DNA of 64,000 nucleotides from the human T2T-CHM13v2.0 reference genome, Homo sapiens. Below, in pieces: positions 31,446 to 48,218 of the stretch. Below the pieces are notes generated by a model that was given only the letters and a program-made list of their open reading frames with translations, was not told the origin of the DNA and did not search any database. The stretch's first letter is position 1; the number at the start of each line of letters is the position of its first letter. The position numbers and the translations under genes were made by a program. Location: assembly GCF_009914755.1 (NCBI RefSeq), contig NC_060926.1. One strand, given 5' to 3'.

Positions 31446-32746
31446 TCAATAGTTAAATAAAAACCAAGGAACTATATAGCACAGAAAACATTAAGTCTGC
31501 CATAATGTTATCTCCAAAACTTATCTCTATTTTCTGAATGATGTGATCACCAGATTTTGCTTTCTATAATTCTGAGAACATGATCATATGTTGACCAGAA
31601 CATGAAGAAAATAAGAATGGTATTCCATTGGAATAGAGGCAAAAACCTTATACTTGTGATTTATTAGGCTTTTTTTCTGAGCCAACATATTCCTAATAAG
31701 AATAGCTGAATTCGATTTAATATCACCTGGAGAGGGCAAGCTCACTTGGAAAAAGTCACTTAGGTGATTTTAATATGTATGTTTTACTTCCCAACTTGAA
31801 AATCAGTGGTCTAGGGTTATATCAGGTTTCCCTTCTCAACTGAGCTACCTTTCTTAGAGAGATCCTATTATAATACAGAAATATTGGGGTTAGCATAAAA
31901 GAGAAAAACAAAATGACAGCATAAACCCCATGGAACATAGGAATACATGTATGTACGTTTCCTGGTACTTTTTAGTGAGTCTACTTCCACAGTGGGATCT
32001 CTTAGGAAGATAGAAGGACATTCACAAGAACCAATCTCTAAAAAATTCTTCATGGTGGAGGGTCAGGAGGAAACTAGACAGTCCCTCTGGGCCACAAGGG
32101 CCCCTCTTTATTGGTCTGACTTTCGATCATAGATACAAATACCCGAGTGAGGCTCCTGACTTGATAAACGTTAAGCGTCTGGGCTTGGCTCTGCCGTGAT
32201 AGCACTCAGGAGAGCTGATGACGCAGGCAGAGGAAGGAAATGGGCTGAGATGGCAATATGGACAATTTACTACCTTTTCAACAGGTGTGTTATGCTAAAC
32301 AGATACAAACAAAACAAACTTCTTTTGACAAATATGAATTAAATTCAGAAGGTTACGGGAAAAATTTGGTCTCTCCAATGGCAAGTCATGGTGAGCAGTG
32401 ATGCAGAAAAGACCCAATAGTAGCACCCTCTGTGCTAAAAGACTTCTGTGAGGCTGAGCACCTACTTAAGGGCTGGTGTAGGCTGGTCACCCTAGAACAG
32501 GAGTAGGGACTTCCTGGGTACTACCATTATTCCAGAAAATGGGCTTCAAAGTTTGCTCAGAGGGGCTGGAACCCACACTTTACGTCCAGTCACCAGTATG
32601 TCAGGGTGTCCTCTTCACAAAAACTGCCTTATCTCAGCCGAGTGCGGTGGCTCATGCCTGTAATCCCAGCACTTTGGGAGGCCGAGGCGGGCAGATCATG
32701 AGGTCAAGACCAGCCTGGCCAACGTAGCGAAACCCCATCTCTACTA

Positions 32747-32959
<213 letters not shown>

Positions 32960-33046
32960 TCAATACTAGCCATCACCATGAAGGCCTAGTCTGAGGGGTT
33001 ACAGCACTCCTGGTAAGCTTCTGTCCGAAGGCAGCAGGCCACTTAC

Positions 33047-33151
33047 CGACTGGGATGTTTGAGGTGGTCACAGCAGTAGCATGGGAGGAATGGGAGGGTA
33101 CTGTCATGGTAACAATGGTACTTGTGGGAGCTTGCGTGTGTGACACAGATC
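33047..33151 (-). CDS. SAP130: SAP130 exon 10 (GSVSHTQAPT...TSNIPV)
   Basis: ATTTCAG| acceptor, |GTAAGT donor; 105 nt, phase 1-1. Confidence 0.96.
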
Positions 33152-33361
33152 CTGAAATAGGGGAAAAAAGGAAATTCTTTAACAAGAACTTCTCTGCACA
33201 CGTTACAGATTCTCAAAAACCTGGGAAATCTCCTGGAAAAAGTTAAGAGAATTTTTCTAGCCCGTTGTTTTTCTCTGACTGAAGGTGAGAAATGAAAAAT
33301 TAACCCATCACTCTTGCCTCCTTTTTCCCCAGTAGAAGGAAGAGGAGGGTCGTGGACTTAC

Positions 33362-33452
33362 CAGCTGTGGTCGCTGAAGGAATGGTGTTGGTTGCCAAAA
33401 TAGGTGCTACTGTGGCTGCAGCCACTGGCGTGCCAGTACTGAAGATTGTTTT
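33362..33452 (-). CDS. SAP130: SAP130 exon 9 (KTIFSTGTPV...PSATTA)
   Basis: CCTCACAG| acceptor, |GTAAGT donor; 91 nt, phase 0-1. Confidence 0.96.
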
Positions 33453-33612
33453 CTGTGAGGGAAACCCCACAACACAGTTATAAGAACATTATCCACTGCG
33501 TCCAGGGTAAACACAATCAATGCCTTCGGTATCACTAGGCCCTCAGCACATTTTGCCCACTTTTGGTTTTACCCAACAAAGTACACAGGTGGTTCTCCAC
33601 TTTTGGTTTTAC

Positions 33613-33760
33613 CTGAGCCATTGTATGAAGCTGCTGTTTTGGCGTCCCTAATGCAGGGTGAGATGGTAGTGTGATTCTTGTTGTGACATCTCGTGACTGG
33701 GCAGGACGCTGAATACTGATTGCTGCAGATGGAGGATGCTGGATAGACAAGGTTGGCCTA
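33613..33760 (-). CDS. SAP130: SAP130 exon 8 (SRPTLSIQHP...LHTMAQ)
   Basis: TTTTCAG|TAG acceptor, |GTAAAA donor; 148 nt, phase 2-0. Confidence 0.96.
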
Positions 33761-34869
33761 CTGAAAAGATAACAAAGACACAATGCAGATGGGCAAGGTC
33801 ATTTACAATCTTCTCCTAGGTTAGTCATGCAAGTTATACTTTTTCATAGGTCTATGAAGTTCGGAGTTAAACCAATACTTGGTCTTTAATCACACCAATG
33901 TGGCAAAAGGTGCACTGAGTTTGTCTTGTTTTAAAAGGCATCAATTTGTACCACAAACTGAAGAAATTAACCCTTACTTGTTCTCAGAATCCTTGATGTA
34001 GTTAATCAACACTCCGTAACAAACTTGAGTTAATATCATTATAATAATTGCACTTCAGGTCAGGTGCGGTGGCTCACACCTGTAGACACAGTGCTTTTGG
34101 GGGGCGCAAAGGCTGAAGGATAGCTTGTGCCCAGGAAGTCAGGGTTACAGTGAGCGATGACTGCCACTGCACTCCAGCCTGGGGGACAGAGTAAGACCTT
34201 GTCTACATAAAAAATAAAAATAAAATAATTGCACTGAACTCTGTGGATAAATCTGAAAATATACTATAAATTTACATGCTGTAAGTTTTTGACAAATTTC
34301 CTGAAGAAAGATCAGAGACAATTTGGATTAACAGCAGCTTAAACTATGACCCTTGAAGCATGGACCTTCCTCCCAATTTTACATCATTCCTTAGCAAATG
34401 TAAGAACACTCCTAAAATGATAAAAAGTTAGTTATGGCTGCCTCAGGATTGGAAGGGAAATCAACAGAGGATGCCAAATTAATTGGTAGCAAGCTACTGA
34501 AATGGCAACACTGGCAAGAAAATTTGACAGTATAACAAAGTTGGCTATTCAAATCAGAGGGGAGGCCACAGGCGGCAGCTCACACCGGTAATCCCAGCAG
34601 GAGGACCGCTTAAGCCTGGGAGGCCAAGGCTAAAGTGAGCTCTCCAGCCTGGGCGACAGAGTGAGACCCTGTCTCCAATAAAATAAAATGCAAAGAATCA
34701 CTTCAGGTGACATTCAAACACATTGCCACTCTGGTTAGTGGGATCTAGCTGGAGGACAAAAAGAACTGTGAAGTTAGTTACTCGGTATTCTTATTGTTAG
34801 TAGTAATCTACAAATAGCAAGAGGTTAATTTATGTCAGATGGACAAATGATACAGGTGCCTCTTTTTTA

Positions 34870-35356
<487 letters not shown>

Positions 35357-35674
35357 TGAGTAGCTGGGACTACAGGCGCGTGCCACAATGCCTGGCTAAT
35401 TTTTGTATTTTTAGTAGAGACGTGGTTTCACAATGTTGGCCAAGATGGTCTTGATCTCTTGATCCGCCCGCCCTGGCCTCCCAAAGTGCTGGGATTATAG
35501 GCATGAGCCAATGTGCCCGGCCAAAACTTTTTAATTAACATAAGATTTAAAATAACATAAGATTTTAAAACAGGTGGTGGCTCACGTCTGTAATCCTAGC
35601 ATTTTGGGAGGCTGAGGCAAGTGGATCAAGTTCAAGACCAGCCTGGCCAACATGGTAAAACCCCATCTCTACTA

Positions 35675-35884
<210 letters not shown>

Positions 35885-36672
35885 CTATCTTTACTATACT
35901 GAGTACCTCTGTCCCCAGAAAGAGCCCAAAAGCAATGACACACCAGAAACAATGAACACTTCTAACACCCAGAACTTGGGTGTTCTACTCTCCACTAAAA
36001 AGAACCAAGGAGAATTGGCTTATTTGAAAACTAAAACAAAAAACAAAAAACAAACAAAAAAAACAGGAGAAAGCATGAGACATCGTGTATCAAAAACAAT
36101 AAAGTACTCAAAGGCTAACGGGAGTCATCAAAAGGAAACTTGGGCCAGGCCTGGTACAGTGGCTCACGCTTGTAATCCCAGCAGCACTTTGGGAGGCCAA
36201 GGCAGGCAGATTGCTTGAGTCCAGGAGTTCAAGACTGGCGTAGGCAACATGGCGAAATTCCACCTCTACTAAAAATATAAAAATTAGCTGGGCATGGCAC
36301 CACACACCTGTAGTCTCAGCTACTTGGGAGGCCGAAGTGGGAGGATCGCTTGAGAGCCCAGGAGGCAGAGGTTACAGTGAGCTGAGACTGTGCCACTGCA
36401 CTCCAGCCTGGGCGACACATGAGAGGGTCTCAAAAAAAAAAAGACACTTGAGCCAGCAAAAAGGGGTTCTCACTAGCCCAATTTGGGGCACTGGGAGCAA
36501 AAGAAAGAGACTTTGATTAAAATATTTTGAGGCTGGGCGCAGTGGCTCACATCTGTAAGCCCTAGCACTTTGGGAGCTGAGGCAGGAGGACTGCTTGAGC
36601 CCAGGAATTTGAGACCAGCCTGAGCAACATGGCAAGGCCCAGTCTCTATGAAAAATAAAACAACTAACCAGG

Positions 36673-36856
36673 CATCTTGGCATACACCTATGGTCCCAGG
36701 TACTCAGGAGGCTGAGGTGGGAGGACAGCTTGAAGCCCAGAGGTTAAGGTTGCAGTGAGCTGTGACTGCGCCACTGCAACCTTGACTTCTGGGGTTCAAG
36801 GTCTCCTCCCACCTCAGCCTCCTGAGTACCTGGGACTACAGGTGGGCGTCAAGATG
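36673..36856. repeat. Inverted duplication inside an Alu (85-bp arms, 14-nt loop)
   Basis: 36673-36757 is an imperfect reverse complement of 36772-36856. Confidence 0.9.
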
Positions 36857-37046
36857 TGATTCAGCCTGGGTGACAGAGTGAGACGTTGTCTCAAAAACAA
36901 AAACAAATGACAACAAAAAAAATCCAGTCTGAATATTTAACATCGACAGGTCCATAGTGACTCACCCACACGTACCAAAAACAGTCAGAGGGAGTAAGTA
37001 AGGTCATTCAGAAAGTGCTCCCTAATCTGTTGTCTAATCACCATAT

Positions 37047-37244
37047 TACAGGTTGAGTATACCTTATCTAAAACGTTTGAGATGAGAAGTGTTTGAGATT
37101 TTGGAATTATATACTTACAGACTCAGCATCCCCAATCCAAAAAGCAGAAATGCTTCAAGGAACATTTCCTTTGAGTGTCATGGCAGTGCTCAGTTTCAGA
37201 TTTTGGCATATTACGGATTTTGGTTTAGGGATACCCAACTGTGT
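37047..37244 (+). mobile_element. Tigger4/MER46-type MITE
   Basis: TACAGGTTGAGTAT...GATACCCAACTGTGTA degenerate TIRs with flanking TA. Confidence 0.7.
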
Positions 37245-37260
37245 AGTTCTCCCACAGATC

Positions 37261-37295
<35 letters not shown>

Positions 37296-38701
37296 TTGAC
37301 AGCCTGAAAGGCAACTCCAAGGATAGAGCCCCAATTCAGTGATCTGACATCTACAGAAAATACAGGGGTTAAATGATAAATGGACTTGTGATTATCCTCC
37401 AGTGTTCAGATGGGTCCTTGTATGACTAGCTTATTTGGAGGACAAGGGGATTGTAGGCAGAGACTGCCAGTGTGGTATTTTCTCCTTCTCCTCTCAGAGG
37501 ATAGTAAGGAAATAGTAAGGAAAACAAAAAAGAGAAATACAGTATCCTCCTTTCGCAAAATTAGGAGACATCTGAAATCTCAAACCACAGGACAGAAGAA
37601 CTGCCAAAGGTAGGGACAACCAAACAGGGACTCAGGAGCCAGTGAAAGGAGGATTGCTTTCTTTCCTTTTTTTTTTTTTTTTTTTTTTTTTTAAAGCGAT
37701 AGATTCTCACTATGTTGCTCAGGCTGGTCTTGAATTCCTAGGCTCAGACAATCCTCCTGCCTCAGCCTCCCAAAGTGTACGATTACAGACATGAGCCACC
37801 CTGCCCAGCCTGAAGAGAGAATTTCTGGGGCTATAATTCTGGGGATAAAATCCAGTAAGGAAGTATAATACTCCAAAATGAGGAGCATAAACTGACAGAG
37901 AAAACCAAAATCTTTTGTGTAACAGTGGAAATGAAGCTGGCAGTGAAGGAGCATTTGGACCAGTTCCAAGGGTTAAAAAGCAAAGGATCTAGGGTTAAAC
38001 CAGGAATCAGACACAGACACAGATAAGCCCCGTCTGTGGGGAATAGTGTGCGGGGGACCTAGGGAAGAGAGGCTTTGCCATTTTAAGTGGTCTATCTGCA
38101 CTGACAGGAGTGAAGTAATGGCCAACAAAATTCAAACACAGGACACTGAGTCATTTGGAAAATTTATCCAAACCCAGTATATAGTCCAGGCTACAATAAG
38201 AACCAATTACAAATGGGGATCCAGAATAAAGCCAATCCAATCAAAGATGAATACTCAGAAAGGATCCAAAACAGGATCTATTTAAAGATGCTAAAAGACA
38301 AAAGGTGGAACAAAACACACCAGAAGTGCTTTCACTACGCAGATGAACACTGTACCATGAATTTAAAAACTTAATGAAGTAACTGCTTCTATGAAATGGA
38401 AACACAAAGCAAAGACATAAGAACTCAGTGGAAATGATGAGAGAACAACAGAAGAAGACAAAATATATGGGCAGAGCTCCAGAGAGAAACAGAAGGCAAC
38501 TGCTCAGCAGTTTCAAGAATGAAGGCAAAATTAGAAGTGGAACATGAGAGACAATGCTGAAAATGCAGTCAAGGGCGGAGAAGAGTATGAAAGCAACATT
38601 AAAGGGAACAGTTAAAAAAATTACATAGGAGTGCAAAAAGATTCAACACTTGGGAATCACCTGTAATCCCAACACTCTGGAAGGCTGAGGTGGGTAAATC
38701 A

Positions 38702-39276
<575 letters not shown>

Positions 39277-40439
39277 TAGAACAAAACCATAAATAATGGT
39301 CATTACAAAATAAATGCTATGAAATTTGCTGATATTCAACGAAAAAGAATCAGGCAATAAGGCAAAAAGACTAAGGCCTTTGTAAGCGGTTAAAAAAAAA
39401 AAAAACAGACTCCAGTAACATCCAGATCTAGAAGACGGGAAAAATTACCCATCAAGTAATCATGGAAAGAATATAGAAACAATAAAACACTCAATCAGCC
39501 AAACTATTGCCTAAGTATAAATGGGAAATGATTCTCAGCACGTAAACTTTCAAAATATTGGTGCTTTAAATTTTGCCCTTTTTGAAGAAAGTGATAGAAA
39601 ATAAATTTCATTCAACCAAGTAATGACTGAAAAGACAAGGGTCAAAGAACTGACAGACTGAATGTATTTAGTAGAAAAATTAAGATATGACTTACATTTT
39701 TCTGGAATTTTACTTTTTTTCTATACCTTGAACCAATTTCATTATCACTGATTTATCTGGCCCCTTTGAAGGTTTGGTAGAATTCTATGAAACCAAGGCT
39801 GGGTGTGGTGGCTCACAATTGTAATCCCAGCACTTTGGGAGGCTGAGGCAGATGGATCGCTTGAGCCCAGGAGTTTGACACCAGCCTGGGCAACATAGGG
39901 AGACCCTGTCTCTACAAAACATTTTAAAATTAGCCAGGCATGGTGCATGGTGGCACGTGCCCGTAGTCCCAGCTTTGGGAGGCTGAGGTAGAAGGATCAC
40001 TTGGGCCTAGGAGGTCAAGGCTGCAGTGAGCCGTGATCAAGCCACTGTTCTCCAACCTGGCTGGCGGAGCAAGACGTTGTCTCAAAAAAGAATTCTATGA
40101 AACCAGCTGGATCTGGTGCTTTTGTGAGAGATAGTGCTTAAAATTTTTTTCTATTTCTTCTAAGGAAATTGGTCTGTTGAAGAAGTTCTATCTTAATTCC
40201 AAAAAAGTTAGACATTAGGAATTTATTGTAGTTGTAGATATAAAGAGAAAAATCATCTGATTAGGGTTTTTGTCTGTTTCATTCACTACTTGTAGTATAT
40301 TGCTAGTGTTATATGAGTGAATGCTAAAAATGCATTCAACAAAATTCAATATCCAGGTTTTATTAAAACAATCAACACAATGGAAAAGATACTTTGACAA
40401 AACGATTAAAAATAAAAAGCCTACCCCTAGTTTTCATCA

Positions 40440-40779
40440 TACAGTTGGCCCTCAGTTTCATAGGTGCCACATCTATGGATTCAACCAAGCATGGATTGAA
40501 AATATTCAAAGGGGAAAACAATTTCCCCAAATTCCAAAAAGCAAAACTTGCATTAGCTGAGCACCAAGTACTATACGGAATCCACATGAATGAAGTGATG
40601 TGCAGGCATCATAATAGGCACTCCAAGTAACCTGGAGATGATTTAGAGTACATGGGAGGAGGTGCGTAGGTTATACGCAAATACTATGCTACTTTATATG
40701 AAGGAACTTGAGCGTCCTTGGATTTCAGCATCTGCAGGGGCTCCTGGAGCCAAGACCCCATAGATAGAGATGACTGTAT
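40440..40779. mobile_element. MER2-family (Tigger) element
   Basis: TACAGTTGGCCCTC...GATGACTGTA ends; GGATTCAACCAA core. Confidence 0.75.
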
Positions 40780-41069
40780 ATCCATTTATACCTTGTGAAT
40801 TTCCTCATACCATCTGAATACATTAACTTTTATAAAGTTAAAATGAGCAACAACAAGTAGTCTATTTTATGTTGGGTAGTTCTGTCTCTTTGTACCTCAG
40901 GCAACATATTTATTAATAACTGCCACAAAGTAAAGTATCCCTTTTATTGAAGAGAGAACAAAGGATCAGGGGAGTTGAAAACCTGCTTAATGTCACACAA
41001 GTAGATAACAGAGCTAATGGCTTAAGATAAGTTCCAGGTATTGCTGTTCATTTAAACATAATTTTCTTC

Positions 41070-43510
<2,441 letters not shown>

Positions 43511-43572
43511 AGAAAAAAGAGTGAAGGAGGAGGATGGCAGGAAGGTTCAAACTTCATACTCCCCATGTATAC

Positions 43573-43697
43573 CTAAGTGCTGAATCAGTAGCATGCGCCG
43601 CTGTCGTAGTGATGACTGGAGACTGAGCTCTGGTGGCTGAGACAGTTGCTACCACAGCAGGAGGGATGGCATTGGAGGTGGTCACAGGTGGCCGAGA
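43573..43697 (-). CDS. SAP130: SAP130 exon 7 (SRPPVTTSNA...ATDSAL)
   Basis: TTTTGGTAG| acceptor, |GTATAC donor; 125 nt, phase 0-2. Confidence 0.96.
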
Positions 43698-44061
43698 CTA
43701 CCAAAAGAGAAAAAACAGTTCATTTAAAACAAAAATAAAATAGAGGAAGTCAAATACTAAATGTGTAATTTGAAACTTGAGCCTACAGATAAGCATGTTT
43801 CTGCCCAAGTAAAAATAAATTCTCACCATTCCAATTAAGGAATTCTCTTTTCAGATAGGTTGTTATAAGACCAAGAGCCAGGCCGGGCACGGTGGCTCAC
43901 GCCTGTAATTCCCAGCACTTTGGGAGGCTGAGGTGGGCAGATCAACTGAGATCAGGAGTTAAAAGACCAGCCTGGCTAACACAGTAAAACCCTGTCTTGA
44001 CTAAAAATACAAAAAAAATTAGCCGGGTGTGGTGGCACGCGCCTGTAATCCCAGCTACTCA

Positions 44062-44202
<141 letters not shown>

Positions 44203-45075
44203 TCAGAATTATTAAAAAAAAAAAATCCCTTAAGATACCACTGACAAGTGTTTTGAAAAAAAAAAAAAAATCCCATTTTGATTGAACAGTACATGAGTCC
44301 CTCCTGTACAAATGTGATTGGAGTCAAAATTCTGCCCTACTATTGGTACCAATGGGATCTCACCCTTCAATCTAGAGTTGCCACAGGTCTGTTGTTGGTC
44401 CTGGTGTAGACATTTTACGCTGCCATCCAACCCAGCACCTCCACAGAGGGCCTACTCAGCTGCTGAATAGAGCTGTTGGCTCTCAGGCCATCTACGTTAG
44501 TGAGTACAAGGGCAACTCAAGGTAACAGTATTCTTTTCTAGGTAATCGTTCAGGGTGCCCATATCCTTTCTGGATGTTTTCACATGGACAGAGTGCCCTT
44601 ATCACACTTACGTGTGAAATCTTCCTCTAAAAAATAAGCTCCACACTGGGCTTCATCCACATACCCACCATTATTCTTCGAATCACCTGAGTTCTGATTC
44701 TTCCCTTGCTCTTAACCCTGAAACATGCATCTAAATGGCCGAGCTCTGCCCATTCCTCATCCTTGCTTTTCATCTACAGCCCTTTTACCTGCCGCTTCTA
44801 CCATGTGCAGGTGCGTGTCTCACACTAGGGCTACAGCACCAGCTTCCTCACTCGGGAGCTCCTTGTCTTGGTTCTCGTCTTCCTCCAACCCTTCATATGT
44901 ATCACATATACTACTAGAGGCCTAATACTCCTCCGACTCTGTTTTCTTGGCCAGAAAAGTATTTATCTTGAAAGCTGTAGGCTAGACAGATACTACCCAG
45001 TATCATAATCAAGACTTCCTTATTATCTTAAACCCAGTTGTTTCATACATCTGTCTGTCCCCTGAAAGTGCTTAA

Positions 45076-45399
<324 letters not shown>

Positions 45400-45532
45400 T
45401 GAGCCACTGCGCCTGGCCTAATCTCATCTTTCAACAGTATTACTTTAATGATACACAGAGCCATTGTGTTAAAAAGACAAAAATGATTTTTGGCCGGGCA
45501 CAGTAGCTCACGCCTGTAATCCTAGCACTTCA

Positions 45533-45827
<295 letters not shown>

Positions 45828-46333
45828 CTAGTTTATACTCCATATCCTAGAGAACCCAATTTATAGATACTATATTTCCTGCAAATATATTATACTTCAG
45901 TAATAATGAGGTCATAGATTTCCTTAAGAAAAAGCTGAATGGCATGGACCATGTTCTTGGAATATACATAGATATACACCTAACTTTTAGGAGTCCACAG
46001 ATCCCCCCAATCCAAATTAAAATCCCTCAATCCTAGCTAGCCTTTACTAACTGCTGTCTACAACCATCACTCCCTTCCTTGCCACTGTTCATTTCCCCCT
46101 TCACTTCCTCTTCACTTCTCTGATTCCTCGTTAGCACAGCCTTTCCAACAGGAAGGCTTCCCACCATCTCTCCTCTGCATTCTTACAGCTTGCCACATGA
46201 CACTGTGCATCTTTCAAACTTCCCTATGTCTTGGCAACTAGATGGAAAGTCCCTGAGGTCAAGGATGTGCCTAGTGCCTGGCAGAATGAATAACTCCAAT
46301 GAGGCCCTTAATGCACCCCAGGCTCCGACGTGC

Positions 46334-46458
46334 CTGGATTGGTTGGTGAATGATGTGCTGTACTGCTGGCTGAGCAGTAGCAGCATTTGGCAGCTGTGAG
46401 GTCGGCCTCAGGACTGTGGTTACTTTAGAACTGGACATCACAGCAGCAGCAGCTGCAC
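46334..46458 (-). CDS. SAP130: SAP130 exon 6 (GAAAAAVMSS...HQPIQ)
   Basis: T11-CAG| acceptor; 125 nt, phase 1-0; ends at non-canonical CAG|GCACGT donor. Confidence 0.93.
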
Positions 46459-47629
46459 CTGAAAAAAAAAAAGTGTTTATTATATTTATTCTAGTTATAT
46501 TCCCTGGGAAAATAATCAGTATGTTTCCCAAAACTCAGATAGCATGTCAATATCGAGCTGAAGTATGGTATGTATACTTCCCATTTCATCACAGAGAAAA
46601 CAAAGAAAATGTGTATTCAAGAGATTTAATAATAATTTATATTGCCTCTTCACAGACAACCTTAAGTGAAACTAGCTGCTGTTTTTTGTTTCTGTTAACT
46701 GCAAGTGTGCACAGTGGTAAAGCACACAGGGAACAGCAGTGTGATGCCACTGCCTCAGCTCTGACGAGGCTCGGACACTTTGCCTTCCAGTCTTTGTTCC
46801 ATTAGAGCAGACGTCGACATTGCCAAAGGGACACATTATGAACCTTAACCTTAAACCTAACCCTGCACTTTTCACCCTGCAGACCCCCATAAGGGCCTGT
46901 GAACCACATTTGGAGAACTGCTGAGTTATGCTATAACCAAGCAAACCTGGTCTTGCGTTTGCTAACTTGATTTTGCCAACAATCTCCAATTGTTGTAAAG
47001 TCTCCAATAAAAGGTAAAAATTTCTAGTCAAAATTCATTTATTACCTCACAACCTATTAGAACTTAAGGGTAAAAATAAATTAATCTTAGCCATGTGGTG
47101 GCTCACACCTGTAGTCCCAGCCACTCAGGAGGCTAAAGTGGGAAGATCGCTTGTGCCCCAGAAATCTGAAACCAGCCTGGGTAACCCAGTGAGGCCCCAT
47201 CTCAAAAAATAATTATCATCATCATTTTATTGTTACATAAGTTAAAAAACTGAGTAAAGATCATCATTGAACTTTAAAAATATTCAGTATTAATATTTGT
47301 GACTTATGTATTAAAAATAAAGACCATGTTGCAGATAAGCAGTCTAATAATAAAGACCATGTTGAGATTATCAAAGCTTGGGCAGTTCCTCAATATATAG
47401 GACAATTTTAGACCATATTAAACACTTTAATTGCATAAATATACACACTTGTAATACAACTATAATAAGCACATATTAAACCATGCTAAAAACATGGATT
47501 GCTCTAAGTTTATTTCTACTGTCTTGCGATTTTTTTTCTTTTTCTTGAGACAGGTTCTCGCTCTGTCACCCAGGCTGGAGTGCAGCGGCGCAATCTCAAC
47601 TCATTTCAACCTCTGCCTCCCGAGCTCAA

Positions 47630-47769
47630 GCCATCCTCCCATCTCAGCCTCCTGAGTGCCATCCTCCCATCTCAGCCTCCTGAGTGCCATCCTCCTATCT
47701 CAGCCTCCTGAGTGCCATCCTCCCATCTCAGCCTCCTGAGTGCCATCCTCCCATCTCAGCCTCCTGAGT
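47630..47769. repeat. 28-bp tandem repeat x5 inside an antisense Alu
   Basis: GCCATCCTCCCATCTCAGCCTCCTGAGT at 47630, 47658, 47686, 47714, 47742. Confidence 0.97.
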
Positions 47770-48106
47770 AGATGGGACTACAGACGCATGCCACCACACC
47801 TGGCTAATTTTTTGTATTTTTGTAGAGACAGGGTTTCGCCATGTTGCCCAGGCTGGTCTCAAATTCCTGGACTCAAGTGAACCTACCACCTCAGCCTCCC
47901 AAAGTGTTGGGTTTATAGACATGAACCGCAGCACCTGGCCTTTTTTTCTTTTTAAATAAAAGAGGTTTATTTGGTTCACGGTTCTGCAGACTGTTGTTCT
48001 GCAACTTTAACAAGCTGATTCTAGATACATTCTGTGTTACGTATTTTACCAAATGTATATCTACTACTACATTTTGAGAGTTTGAACAAAACTTGCAAGT
48101 CGTTAC

Positions 48107-48218
48107 CTCGAGGTAAATGAGAAGCTCCAATGTGAAGAGGGGGCCCAGGAGCATTGCTGCGGATGATAGACATTTGCACATTTGTAGTCATGATGTGATG
48201 CAGGTTACTGGGATGGCC
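48107..48218 (-). CDS. SAP130: SAP130 exon 5 (GHPSNLHHIM...GASHLPR)
   Basis: TCTTTCAG| acceptor, GAG|GTAACG donor; 112 nt, phase 0-1. Confidence 0.96.

Noticed and set aside
44432-44455. CTCF-like CTCCACAGAGGGCC
   Set aside because: One base short of the CCACCAGAGGGC core spacing; unsupported without ChIP data
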